A stretch of DNA of 55,847 nt. Source: Bacilli bacterium (lineage in GTDB: Bacteria; Bacillota_I; Bacilli_A; ML615J-28; CAG-698). The stretch spans positions 1 through 55,847 of the forward strand of contig JAQVOS010000003.1 of assembly GCA_028702495.1 (NCBI GenBank). The letters run 5' to 3'. The translations under genes were made by a program, and so were the position numbers. The notes below the pieces were generated by a model that was given only the letters and a program-made list of their open reading frames with translations, was not told the origin of the DNA and did not search any database. Below are positions 32,486 through 41,902 of the stretch, in pieces. Numbering within the stretch: position 1 is the stretch's first letter; every line of letters begins with the position of its first letter.

Positions 32486-33196
32486 TTAATTCACGTAAGG
32501 TTTTAAAACTTCTGTGATGGCTGAGTAGCCTAAAAAGCTAATATGAAGTCCTTCAATGGTGTATTCTTTTTTCAAAAGACCATTCTCATCTGTAATCGCG
32601 GAAGCGACATCAAGATAGGGAATTTGATGGGTTTTACAGTAATCATTCAACCAGCAATTAATGGCGCGAATATCAGTATTCTTTCGCCCCAACATCATGG
32701 ATTTGCTATAAGGGGTCGCCTTGGGATTGACGGGATATAGTGAAATGACATAGAGTTCTGTTTCGGGAAGACGGCTTTGAATGGTTTCGATAATCTTCTT
32801 AATGTTTTCAAAAGTGTCTTCAGGGCTTTTCTTCTTACCCAAATCATTCGTTCCAATTTGTAAGAATAATTTCTTGGGTTCTAAGACGAGGACATTGCTT
32901 TCAAGTCTTGCGAGGACGCCATCCGTGGTATCTCCAGCAATTCCCCGATTGTACACATCGCATCCATAGAAGAATTCATCAGCAGGATAAAACTCAGTCA
33001 ATGAATCTCCTAAAAAGACGATGCCTTGGCGATGAGCATTTTGATTTAATTCATTGAAGATTTTTACTTTATCTTCTCCAGACTTATTGACATAACGAAC
33101 GACATAGATGACGAGTCCAACCAAAGAAAAGACGGTTAGTCCAAACCCCACCATCAGTAATATAAAAAATAGTGTATTGATTTGCATTAAGAACAT
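32486..33196 (-). CDS. GDSL/SGNH lipase-esterase with an N-terminal TM helix
   Basis: FLGDSLT, NRGIAGD, IGTND, EGLH; ATG 33196 follows GGAGG. Confidence 0.85.
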   Translation of the reverse strand: MFLMQINTLFFILLMVGFGLTVFSLVGLVIYVVRYVNKSGEDKVKIFNELNQNAHRQGIVFLGDSLTEFYPADEFFYGCDVYNRGIAGDTTDGVLARLESNVLVLEPKKLFLQIGTNDLGKKKSPEDTFENIKKIIETIQSRLPETELYVISLYPVNPKATPYSKSMMLGRKNTDIRAINCWLNDYCKTHQIPYLDVASAITDENGLLKKEYTIEGLHISFLGYSAITEVLKPYVN

Positions 33197-33260
33197 GTTT
33201 TGCGACCTCCATGTACATATCATAACATAATTAGACATATTTTACCAATATAAAAGAAAA

Positions 33261-33292
33261 TCTTTCAAAAGCGAGAGATTGCTTTTGAAAGA
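33261..33292. terminator. Terminator-like hairpin
   Basis: tctttcaaaagc / gcttttgaaaga 12-bp inverted repeat. Confidence 0.6.
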
Positions 33293-33305
33293 GGTGAAAA
33301 ATCAT

Positions 33306-34094
33306 TTATGAGGAAAGTTGATTGATATCGATTACAATCGTGATTGTCATGGCGATCATCACAAAAGAGAGTAAATTTATCGCAATTTCAAGTCCCGAGG
33401 AATAAGGAATATAATCCATATGAAAATGTTGTGCTGCTTTGAGGAGTGCTTCGTGATCTATTGTGACAAAGATTTCCTTAAAGGATTGAACCAACGACAT
33501 CACTAAGAAGACAACAAGAAAGATGCCCTCTTTTTTCTTCATCATCTTTCCACTTTCAATCGTTTCAACAATGCTTTTTTTCCAGCGATAAATGAGAAAT
33601 AAAAAAAGACTTAAAATCAAAAAGGCAAAGAAGAAAATGGAACTTATCACAGATTTTACTTCTTGGGGGAGATTAAATGAATCAACTCCATGATTAAAAA
33701 GAATAACAAATATGAACATAGATAGAATAGTAGAGAGAGCATACATCCAATAAAGGCGATGGACCCCTTTGATGCTTTGTTTTTCAGCGCTGCTACTTTC
33801 TAAGGCCTTCCGGGCTCCCTTACGAATGGCAATAAACTGAAATAACATGATGGAATTGATAATGAGTGCGGGCCAAGTGATGGCAATGTAAAACAAGGAA
33901 AAGGAAGCAGTAAGTTGTAAACCTATAAGCGCAAAAGATAGAATAATGGTTACTAAAATTTTATCACCAAGAAGGTATTCCCACATCTCTTTTCGAGGCC
34001 TTTTGACTTCTAATATGATTTTATCTTCTTCTATAGACTTTTTTACTTCAATTTTGTCGAGATTAATGGGGGGTAATTCATCATTGTAGAGCAT
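33306..34094 (-). CDS. Hypothetical multi-pass membrane protein
   Basis: 262-aa ORF with about six hydrophobic segments and an AGGAGAG RBS. Confidence 0.65.
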   Translation of the reverse strand: MLYNDELPPINLDKIEVKKSIEEDKIILEVKRPRKEMWEYLLGDKILVTIILSFALIGLQLTASFSLFYIAITWPALIINSIMLFQFIAIRKGARKALESSSAEKQSIKGVHRLYWMYALSTILSMFIFVILFNHGVDSFNLPQEVKSVISSIFFFAFLILSLFLFLIYRWKKSIVETIESGKMMKKKEGIFLVVFLVMSLVQSFKEIFVTIDHEALLKAAQHFHMDYIPYSSGLEIAINLLSFVMIAMTITIVIDINQLSS

Positions 34095-34106
34095 CGTTCT
34101 CTCCTA

Positions 34107-34134
34107 AATAATTCTTTTATAATAATTCTTTTAT
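34107..34134. repeat. Perfect 14-nt tandem duplication
   Basis: aataattcttttat repeated twice. Confidence 0.85.
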
Positions 34135-34266
34135 ATTGTAGCATACAAGTATTATCAATGCAACCATTTATTTTGTAAATGGTTCCTCAAATAAAAATAT
34201 CATTTGAGGGATGATTGCTAAAAAAAGGAAAATATGCTATAATACGTAAGGAAATAGCCCCCATAA

Positions 34267-34809
34267 ATGGAGATAACCATGGAAATATTATACATTGCTT
34301 TAGGAACTATGTTGGTTTTTCTTTTATACTATCGCATCATTGTTCCTGTTCAAACCCATAAAAAGATGATAAAACTGTTATCCCCACTTGAAGAGTTGGG
34401 ATACATCCTAACGGTTGAAAAAAACAAACCATATCAGTATGCCCTAGAGAGTCAAAATAGTTTATTTTTGATTGCAGTGTGTAAGATTCCTTCAAATTCT
34501 ACGGTCACCATCAACTCGAAAGATACATGGAGTTTGACATGGGGTGGAAATCCGCGAAACAAAGGGCGGGCCTATCACAATCAAAGATATCTAACTGAAC
34601 TCACACCCTTCTTACGAAGTGAATTTAAGTTTGATAAGCCCACAGAAAAATTAATTATTTTATATCCTTCAACAGAAAATATTTTACGATATCTCAATGA
34701 ATCAGAACTTGAGCTCGTTTTACCAAACGCCAAACCTTATGGGTATCGCGTTTTAAGAGCTTCAACCCTTTTTGAAAATTTCAAAGAAATCGAAGGAGGC
34801 CTTCAATGA
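34267..34809 (+). CDS. Hypothetical protein with an N-terminal TM anchor
   Basis: 180-aa ORF, ATGA-coupled to the next gene. Confidence 0.65.
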   Translation: MEITMEILYIALGTMLVFLLYYRIIVPVQTHKKMIKLLSPLEELGYILTVEKNKPYQYALESQNSLFLIAVCKIPSNSTVTINSKDTWSLTWGGNPRNKGRAYHNQRYLTELTPFLRSEFKFDKPTEKLIILYPSTENILRYLNESELELVLPNAKPYGYRVLRASTLFENFKEIEGGLQ

Positions 34810-35735
34810 AAAAAATAATTGGACTAGTGTTATTACTTGTGACTTTAGCTATCCTTCCTGGATGCGAGCTTTCCTCTAGCTCTTATGATGTTTATGCTTC
34901 GATATATCCGATTGAATTTATGGTGAAACGCATCGTTGGAGACCACTTGACAGTTGGCTCTTCCTATCCACGGGGAGCAGATGTCCATGAATATGAACCT
35001 CCTGCAAACCAAATTGTAAAGATGTCCCGAAGCAAAATTCTCTTTTTCATAGGAGCAGGACTAGAAGGCTTCTTAGTGAACGCTGAAAACTCTGTTTTTG
35101 TGAACAGTGGATGTGAACTGGTTGAACTTAGCACTTATGTCACTTTAGTAAACTTTGGTGATGCGGAGGCCCATGAAGACCATAATCATATTTGGGATCC
35201 TCATATTTGGCTCGACCCCATACGAATGATCACCCTTGCGGGTGTTATTCGGGACAAAGTTGTGACGATTGATCCTGATCATACAGCGGATTATGAGGCT
35301 AATACGGAAGTGCTTATTACCGATTTACAAACACTTCATAATACCTATCAAAGTCTACTAAATGTTTCCACTTATTCCACAAAAACAATCGTTGTCGATC
35401 ATGACGCTTATGTTTATTGGGAAGATCGCTATGGAATCGAGCGCATTCATACTCGCATTGAAAACCATAGTTGTGAAATTATCCCCAGTGAATTTACAAA
35501 AAACATCGATTTAATTAATTCTCTAGGCATCAAATACATCGCTGTTACTAAGAATGTATCTTCTTGTCCTGTCGTTAATCAGTATATTCAACAAGCAGGG
35601 ATGACGATTGAGTATCTTCATAGTCTTTCAACCATTACCAAGGCAGAAGAAGATAGCGGACTTGATTATTTCGAAATCATGTACACCAATCTGTCCATTC
35701 TTACTAAAATATTACCAAAAGTACAATCACAATAA
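34806..35735 (+). CDS. Zn/Mn ABC substrate-binding lipoprotein (ZnuA/AdcA-like)
   Basis: Lipobox LPGC, DVHEYEP, His-rich loop, DPHIWLDP, HDAY. Confidence 0.85.
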   Translation: MKKIIGLVLLLVTLAILPGCELSSSSYDVYASIYPIEFMVKRIVGDHLTVGSSYPRGADVHEYEPPANQIVKMSRSKILFFIGAGLEGFLVNAENSVFVNSGCELVELSTYVTLVNFGDAEAHEDHNHIWDPHIWLDPIRMITLAGVIRDKVVTIDPDHTADYEANTEVLITDLQTLHNTYQSLLNVSTYSTKTIVVDHDAYVYWEDRYGIERIHTRIENHSCEIIPSEFTKNIDLINSLGIKYIAVTKNVSSCPVVNQYIQQAGMTIEYLHSLSTITKAEEDSGLDYFEIMYTNLSILTKILPKVQSQ

Positions 35736-35746
35736 AGGAGTAAACC

Positions 35747-37003
35747 ATGAATATTCATTATGAACTCAGAGGAGGACATTGGAATTTCAAAGATGAAGTC
35801 AAGATGTCATTCTATTATGATTTATATGAGTTTGTGAAAAGAGAACATCCCGAAGCTGTGAGTGGTATCACTTTCGATGAACTCGTTATTTCTGAACCTT
35901 ACATTATTGGCAATACTTTGGGTAAATTTTACCTAAAAGAAGTAGTGGGTGGAACGATTGAAGCTCAACCTACGACTCATTTCATTGGCTATTGCCATCA
36001 TGAAAAGAAGTATCTTGAACTCATTCCTCATCTTATCACTTTCTTTGCCTTATGGCGCGAGATTGAAGGATGTAGTGAAGCTAATGCAACGGATTTTTTT
36101 GCTTCCTCATGGGCGTCTCTTGTCGATACCGCTAAGTTTTTTAAATATACAACCGTAGAAGAACTAAAAGTTAGCCCTGAAGCGCCTTCTGTCCAAGACG
36201 CTCGGATTCTAGAAAGCATTCAAAATTGTCCAGAACAATACCCTGCTCCAACTAGTATCGCACTTCATCAAGAAGTGAAGATTCCAAGTCCCAGAAAAAC
36301 AGGATTTAAATTTTTGGGATGGTATAAAGAACCCCAGTGTCAACAAGAAAAAGTGACCTCATTAGTGGGAACATCGGTAGACGCAACTCTATATGCAAAA
36401 TGGGGGAGTTATACTTTATTCCATGCCAATGATGGGTATCTTACATTTGAAGACATTTATGATGATTTTATCAAAGACTTCAATACTCTTCTTCCAAATC
36501 AAATCTCAAAGAATAAAGAACGTATGGGAGAACATGGTTGGGTAAGTGATTTCTGTAAAGCCTCAAGTGGGGTTCTCAACCGTTTCTTTCACAACCCCGT
36601 TTTTTACAAGAAGTGGCAATGGCTCATTACTTATGTTTCATCCCTCTATCAGAGTACTCCTGAGCTTGCTCACGACTTTGATTTTATTGACGGAGCGTTT
36701 GTGAATGAAGAACATGTTAGGTGGGAACTAAACTCTCTCTTTGTTAGTCGCTATCATCTTGTTTATCCAAAAACCAAAGATTATAGCGGTGCTGGAATCA
36801 AAGAACGTCTTGCTGATTCAACAAACTCATTTCTCATTCGAGTGGATTATGTCATCGGTGAAGCAGTTCAGTTTCCTAAAGTATCAAAACCAGGGGAAAA
36901 ATTTATGGGTTGGTATTCTCATCCAGTGGATGGAACAAAAATAAAAACCATCCATGATGATACTTACGCTGCAAAAACCATCTACGCAAGATGGCAATCA
37001 TAA
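35747..37003 (+). CDS. Protein with two InlB B-repeat (Flg_new)-like modules and no evident signal peptide
   Basis: IPSPRKTGFKFLGWY..ATLYAKW and FPKVSKPGEKFMGWY..TIYARW. Confidence 0.65.
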   Translation: MNIHYELRGGHWNFKDEVKMSFYYDLYEFVKREHPEAVSGITFDELVISEPYIIGNTLGKFYLKEVVGGTIEAQPTTHFIGYCHHEKKYLELIPHLITFFALWREIEGCSEANATDFFASSWASLVDTAKFFKYTTVEELKVSPEAPSVQDARILESIQNCPEQYPAPTSIALHQEVKIPSPRKTGFKFLGWYKEPQCQQEKVTSLVGTSVDATLYAKWGSYTLFHANDGYLTFEDIYDDFIKDFNTLLPNQISKNKERMGEHGWVSDFCKASSGVLNRFFHNPVFYKKWQWLITYVSSLYQSTPELAHDFDFIDGAFVNEEHVRWELNSLFVSRYHLVYPKTKDYSGAGIKERLADSTNSFLIRVDYVIGEAVQFPKVSKPGEKFMGWYSHPVDGTKIKTIHDDTYAAKTIYARWQS

Positions 37004-37009
37004 AAAAAC

Positions 37010-37051
37010 AGTCGCATCAAAGGGATAACTCCCCAAGATGTGACTTTTTTT
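37010..37051 (+). terminator. Intrinsic terminator
   Basis: agtcgcatc...gatgtgact followed by a T-run. Confidence 0.6.
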
Positions 37052-37075
37052 CTTTGGGATAAGTTCAAAAAATAC

Positions 37076-37104
37076 TTGCATTTTTCATTGCTTTGTAGTA
37101 AAAT
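37076..37104 (+). promoter_or_regulatory. Promoter of the tRNA pair
   Basis: TTGCAT-17 nt-TAAAAT. Confidence 0.6.
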
Positions 37105-37124
37105 GATAAGGCAATTAAGAGTAT

Positions 37125-37209
37125 GGTGGGGTAGCGAAGTGGCTAAACGCGGTGGACTGTAAATCCACTCACTCAGTGTTCGGTGGTTCGAATCCACTCC
37201 CCACCACCA
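37125..37209 (+). tRNA. tRNA-Tyr (GTA)
   Basis: GGTGGGG/CCCCACC acceptor stem, anticodon arm gtgga-ctGTAaa-tccac, long variable arm, GGTTCGAATCC, encoded CCA. Confidence 0.95.
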
Positions 37210-37215
37210 TTTTCT

Positions 37216-37289
37216 AGGGCCATAGCCAAGCGGTAAGGCAAAGGACTTTGACTCCTTCATCTCTGGTTCAAATCCAGATGGCCCTGCCA
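37216..37289 (+). tRNA. tRNA-Gln (TTG)
   Basis: AGGGCCA/TGGCCCT acceptor stem, aagga-ctTTGac-tcctt anticodon arm, encoded CCA. Confidence 0.95.
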
Positions 37290-37376
37290 TTTTTAAAAAA
37301 ACTTGATAATGATACAAACATTAGTTTGTGCTATTATCAAGCTTTTTATTTGTATTCGTTTTAGAGATATTATTAT

Positions 37377-37423
37377 TTGACAAAAAAGTGTGGAACGCTT
37401 ATAATATAGATAAACATCTATAT
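37377..37423 (+). promoter_or_regulatory. Consensus promoter with an overlapping palindromic ArsR-type operator
   Basis: TTGACA-17 nt-TATAAT (37377-37405); palindrome ATATAGAT-aaac-ATCTATAT (37404-37423). Confidence 0.75.
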
Positions 37424-37435
37424 AGAGGAGGAATT

Positions 37436-37729
37436 ATGAAAAAAGAGATATCTCTTATGTTTTTTGCATTATCCGATGAGAATCGGTTGACGTTACTTGA
37501 ACTCTTAATGAAGGGAGAAACATGTGGTTGTACACTCATTAATAAATTATCGATTACACAACCGACCATGTCCTATCACTTAAAAACACTTGCAAAAGCG
37601 GGTCTTATCACCTCTGAAAAATCAGGAATATGGAATCATCATCATCTCAATCCTGAAAAGCTAGATATCCTTATCCATTATTTAATGACTCTTAAGTCCA
37701 TGAAGAAAGAATGTACCTCTCATGAGTAA
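37436..37729 (+). CDS. ArsR/SmtB-family metalloregulator
   Basis: FFALSDENRL, ETCGC, SITQPTMSYHLKTL; ATG 37436 follows GAGGAGG. Confidence 0.9.
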   Translation: MKKEISLMFFALSDENRLTLLELLMKGETCGCTLINKLSITQPTMSYHLKTLAKAGLITSEKSGIWNHHHLNPEKLDILIHYLMTLKSMKKECTSHE

Positions 37730-38744
37730 TGTACTTCAATGGTTCAATGATGTCTTCTTAAAGATGACATGGTTAGAAGACCTCGTGGAGGTTTTATTTA
37801 GAGATTTATTAAAACTAGATGTCACTTCGTTATGGTATAAAGGGCTAACCTTTTTCTTTTATGATGTTATCAAGATTTTCATTCTATTATCCGTCTTAAT
37901 CTTCATCGCATCCTATATTCAATCCTATTTTACGCCCGAAAAAACAAGAAGAATTTTAAGTAAGGTGAAAGGCATCTGGGCCAATATCATTGGTGCTCTT
38001 TTAGGAACCCTCACTCCTTTTTGTTCCTGTAGTTCCATTCCTATTTTTATTGGATTTACCAAAGCAGGACTTCCCGTAGGTGTCACTTTTTCGTTTTTAA
38101 TCTCTTCTCCGATGGTGGATCTTGCTTCCCTAGTTCTTCTTGCAAGCGTCTTTGGATGGAAAATCGCCTTTGTGTATGTTTTGGTTGGGCTCGTGATTGC
38201 GGTAGTGGGCGGGAGTCTTATCTCTTTATTTAAAATGGGACGATACGTGGAAGATTTTGTCATGCCCAAGGAAGATGAAGAAACAATGACAGATACCCTT
38301 GAAGAACCAAAACCATCATTTAAAGAACGGATTCACTACTCATGGGAACAAGTAAAAGAAATCATTAAAAGAGTATGGTATTATATTTTGATTGGAGTAG
38401 CCATTGGTTCAATTATTCATGGCTTTATTCCCCACGAATGGATTGAATCCATTTTAGGGAGTCGTAATCCTTTCTCAGTTATTCTTGCAACCATCGTTGG
38501 GGTTCCCATGTATGCCGATATTTTTGGGACTCTTCCCATCGCGGAAGCACTTCTTTTAAAGGGAGTTGGAATTGGAACCATTCTTTCCTTTATGATGGCG
38601 GTCACTGCGCTTTCTCTTCCCTCCATTATTATGATTAAAAGGGTTGTGAAAACAAAACTACTAGTTCTGTTTGTTGGAATTTTAACTAGCGGAATTATCA
38701 TTATGGGCTATTTATTTAATGCATTTGGTTATTTATTTATATAA
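37722..38744 (+). CDS. ArsP/DUF318-type permease
   Basis: PFCSCSSIP, FLISSP, GVPMYAD, ALSLP motifs; multi-TM. Confidence 0.85.
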   Translation: MSNVLQWFNDVFLKMTWLEDLVEVLFRDLLKLDVTSLWYKGLTFFFYDVIKIFILLSVLIFIASYIQSYFTPEKTRRILSKVKGIWANIIGALLGTLTPFCSCSSIPIFIGFTKAGLPVGVTFSFLISSPMVDLASLVLLASVFGWKIAFVYVLVGLVIAVVGGSLISLFKMGRYVEDFVMPKEDEETMTDTLEEPKPSFKERIHYSWEQVKEIIKRVWYYILIGVAIGSIIHGFIPHEWIESILGSRNPFSVILATIVGVPMYADIFGTLPIAEALLLKGVGIGTILSFMMAVTALSLPSIIMIKRVVKTKLLVLFVGILTSGIIIMGYLFNAFGYLFI

Positions 38745-38759
38745 TATAAGGAGAAAAAA

Positions 38760-38999
38760 ATGGAAATTAAAGTATTTGGATCAGGTTGTAAAAATTGTAA
38801 GAAAATGTATGAGAACGTGAAAGAGGCATGTAAAGAACTTGAAGTATCTGCTGACATTATTTATGTGACAGATATTGTTGAAATTGCTAAAACAGGGCTG
38901 ATGAGAACACCAGGACTGATGATTAATCAAAAAATGGTATTATATGGAAGAGTTCCAAGTGTTGATGAAGTAAGGGCGATTATAAAAAAAGCAATGTAA
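38760..38999 (+). CDS. Small redox-active disulfide (thioredoxin-like) protein
   Basis: IKVFGSGCKNC..., TPGLMIN. Confidence 0.85.
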   Translation: MEIKVFGSGCKNCKKMYENVKEACKELEVSADIIYVTDIVEIAKTGLMRTPGLMINQKMVLYGRVPSVDEVRAIIKKAM

Positions 39000-39104
39000 A
39001 AAAGTTTCTCACAACTATCGTTTTATCCATTGACTTTCTACAAGAACCTACGAAGTACCTAAAAATGTTTAATCGAAGAATAATGATAAATTATAAACAA
39101 AGAG

Positions 39105-39136
39105 AACCACTTTCGTATTAATGTGAGTGGTTTTTT
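39105..39136 (+). terminator. Terminator after the ArsR module
   Basis: aaccact...agtggtt followed by a T-run. Confidence 0.6.
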
Positions 39137-39232
39137 GCATTACAAAGCATAATTTCAATAAATTTTCTATCTTAATTAATGAATAAATAAAATATATTAA
39201 TGAATTTTAATAATAAATTTTGCTATTTCATA

Positions 39233-39261
39233 TTTACAAACGTTTTCAATTGTGATATAAT
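39233..39261 (+). promoter_or_regulatory. Promoter of precursor-1 operon
   Basis: TTTACA-17 nt-TATAAT with extended -10 (TGa); spacer contains cre-like AAACGTTTTCA. Confidence 0.65.
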
Positions 39262-39299
39262 TATTATAGCACATTTTTTTATTCAAAGGAGGTATAAAT

Positions 39300-39419
39300 A
39301 TGAATGAAAAAAAAGTTTACGAAATTCCAAAGGTTGAAATTGTAATGTTTAAAAATGATGAAATCATTACATCTAGTGGTGAAATGGATTTTAGCGAATT
39401 TGATGAAGAAGGAGAATGA
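39300..39419 (+). CDS. Unannotated 39-aa RiPP-precursor-like peptide P1: MNEKKVYEIPKVEIVMFKNDEIITSSGEMDFSEFDEEGE
   Basis: Translated by hand; strong RBS AAAGGAGGT, own promoter, YxxP leader motif, near a PqqD/rSAM cassette. Confidence 0.8.
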   Translation: MNEKKVYEIPKVEIVMFKNDEIITSSGEMDFSEFDEEGE

Positions 39420-39424
39420 AAAAC

Positions 39425-41902
39425 ATGAAAATGAGCAAAATCGTATTAAAAGCAACATTTTTATTAGTATCCATTGTTGCATTATTTTGCGTAGGCACTC
39501 GAATCTTTGTTAATGCTGCCCAAACCATTAATATGACCAATGGTGCACAAATTCGAACAACAGGGGAACGGCAAGGACTACGCTTTACAACGACAGTAGG
39601 GGAAGCTTTCGCTGAAGGATCAGAACATGGTTATTACCTTGCAAAAGGTGAACATGACATTGCTGACATGATAGACGCTATAGAGGCCTCAGCATCAACA
39701 ATTGATGGTAATAAATTAGTTAAGAAAGTGTTTGAAGATAGTGACCTTACTTTTAGTTTGGTTATTTATAATATTCCACAAAGTGCCTATAAACAAGACA
39801 TTACTGCTCTTGCTTACATCAAAGAGGGAGAAGTCTTTACATTTCCAGAAATTGCTGTAACAAGAAATATTGCTGAAGTAGCAGTAGCAGCATATTCATC
39901 TTATGAGGACGATGTTCCTGCCATTATTGCAAGTGCTGCAACTCAACAAGTAAATTATAATTTTAATGGTGGTGCATTTGTTGCTGAAAAAGAATTTACT
40001 ATTACAAGATATAATGCTGATACGACAGGTGCACATGTCAAAATTAGTAATGCAGCATCGGGTCAATACAGTATGTATTATCGTGTTTTGTATTTAGAAG
40101 AAACAAGTAATCCAAATGTTTTTGAAATCGTAAAATATACTAATGCTACTACTGTTGATACTTCTGGAGCATATGACTTATATATTGGAGCACATGATAC
40201 AGCCGTTGACCATACTGGTTACTTGACGGTTTTGTCATTAATGGCACCATCATCAATAGGTAAATATATTAGTCTAAGTTCAATTCCTACCGTAGCTGGA
40301 ACTGTTTCAGTAAAAGCAAAAGTATTCTCATCAAGTGAATTTACATATGCTTGCGAAAATGCAGTTCAAAATTATATCGGAGCAACCACTCCTAAAAACG
40401 TCCAAAAAGATTATTATGATTTTGTTGGATGGTATGATAACGCAGAATTCACGGGAGACGCTGTTACAGCCATTGCAGCTGGTAATAAAGGCTCTGCAAT
40501 GAATCTTTATGCTAAATTTACGCCTACTATCTACACAATTAATTATGAACTGGACAGTGGTAGTTGCTCTGATGAGGCGCGTGCAACAAGTTATACCTAT
40601 GTAAGTTCTGCTATTGCACTTCCATTGAGTGGAACCATGAGTAGGGATGGTTATGATTTTGTTGAATGGAATACAAAAGCAGATGGAACTGGGGAAACTA
40701 TAACCAGTATTCCAACTGGATCTCATGCTAATATCACAGTATATGCTATTTGGGCGAGCCAAGTTCCTACGGTAGTTGATTTGTCAAGTGAAGATGCTGC
40801 GATCATTAATGCTATCAATCCAACAAAATTTGTTAATACTTTATTTACAGCAGGTCGTTTCACAATTGGTGAAAATACTTATAAAGTAGGTGAAGGAGAA
40901 TTATTTGCAACGATAGCTTCAGCATTATCTGCAGCATCTACTAATGATGTTATTTATGTATTTGCTGGAACTTATTCGGATGTCGCCAATATTGCTGTTA
41001 ATAATCTGACATTAGTAGGGCCTGGTGCAAATAAAACTTTAGTTCATACTGATACTTATTCTGTAAATGTTGTTACTGAAGCATTGATTACTAAAGAGCT
41101 AATTATTGATAGTGGTGTATCTAATACTACTATTAAAGGCTTTTCAATGACAAATCAAATTACCATTTCTGGAAATGCGACTGTCAATATTTCTAATATC
41201 ATTTTTGGTGATATGACGGGTTTTGATACAGGATTTGATGGATCAATTAGAATTAAAGCAGCATCAAGCAATATTACGATTGATAGGGTATATTTCACTA
41301 GTAAATGTGCAAATCGTGGTGTTCATGTTAATGCTTTAACAACAAACTTCACATTAACAAATTGTGTTGTTTTAGATTCTGTAAGTGATCTTGTCGATTT
41401 CTGTAGATTTGGTCAAAGCAATACTTTATGTGCTAAAGGGACAATTATTTTTTCTAATAACTACATCCAAAAATGTAGTCAATCTGGCTTTATGGATAGA
41501 GTACCTAGTACTGCAAGTTATATATTTATCCACAATACATTTGATACTGTTCCAGCAGCTATATATATGAGAGCAAATGATAGTATAGGAGCTGCATCAT
41601 ATGAAGTTAAATATAATACATTTAATAAATGCGGAACTACTACACTTGATTGGGATGATGTTGCATTAACCACGGGTGCAAGTACAATTGTTAACTTTAA
41701 CTATAATATAATTACAAATAGTTATGATATGAGTGGTTGTTACAATATTAAAGTTAGAAATGACAGTGGAACAATCAATTGTGCAAATAACTATGTTGAT
41801 ACTGCATCACAACCTACTGACAATTTAAATGCTACTGGATTTACATTATTAGATAATGCTGAAGCAGTTGCTACTGCTTATGCTGCATATTTAGCTGGTT
41901 GA
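39425..41902 (+). CDS. Secreted surface protein, N-terminal part (GAQIR..GLRF domain, InlB B-repeats, right-handed beta-helix); ends at an in-frame TGA
   Basis: Signal peptide; YDFVGWYDN/DGYDFVEWN repeats; ATIASALSAAS.NDVIYVFAGTY. Confidence 0.75.
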   Translation: MKMSKIVLKATFLLVSIVALFCVGTRIFVNAAQTINMTNGAQIRTTGERQGLRFTTTVGEAFAEGSEHGYYLAKGEHDIADMIDAIEASASTIDGNKLVKKVFEDSDLTFSLVIYNIPQSAYKQDITALAYIKEGEVFTFPEIAVTRNIAEVAVAAYSSYEDDVPAIIASAATQQVNYNFNGGAFVAEKEFTITRYNADTTGAHVKISNAASGQYSMYYRVLYLEETSNPNVFEIVKYTNATTVDTSGAYDLYIGAHDTAVDHTGYLTVLSLMAPSSIGKYISLSSIPTVAGTVSVKAKVFSSSEFTYACENAVQNYIGATTPKNVQKDYYDFVGWYDNAEFTGDAVTAIAAGNKGSAMNLYAKFTPTIYTINYELDSGSCSDEARATSYTYVSSAIALPLSGTMSRDGYDFVEWNTKADGTGETITSIPTGSHANITVYAIWASQVPTVVDLSSEDAAIINAINPTKFVNTLFTAGRFTIGENTYKVGEGELFATIASALSAASTNDVIYVFAGTYSDVANIAVNNLTLVGPGANKTLVHTDTYSVNVVTEALITKELIIDSGVSNTTIKGFSMTNQITISGNATVNISNIIFGDMTGFDTGFDGSIRIKAASSNITIDRVYFTSKCANRGVHVNALTTNFTLTNCVVLDSVSDLVDFCRFGQSNTLCAKGTIIFSNNYIQKCSQSGFMDRVPSTASYIFIHNTFDTVPAAIYMRANDSIGAASYEVKYNTFNKCGTTTLDWDDVALTTGASTIVNFNYNIITNSYDMSGCYNIKVRNDSGTINCANNYVDTASQPTDNLNATGFTLLDNAEAVATAYAAYLAG

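Noticed and set aside
36982-37317. 111-aa minus-strand ORF
   Set aside because: It is the antisense of the two tRNA genes.
39279-39482. 67-aa minus-strand ORF
   Set aside because: Antisense to P1 and the start of the surface protein; P1 has the RBS, promoter and paralog support.
41900-41902. Genome-wide TGA=Trp (code 4) or selenocysteine as the explanation for the in-frame TGA
   Set aside because: TGA acts as a stop at several ATGA-coupled junctions (1395-1398, 2141-2144, 9313-9316, 47547-47550) and conserved Trp residues use TGG. The position is an inter-domain linker, not a redox site.
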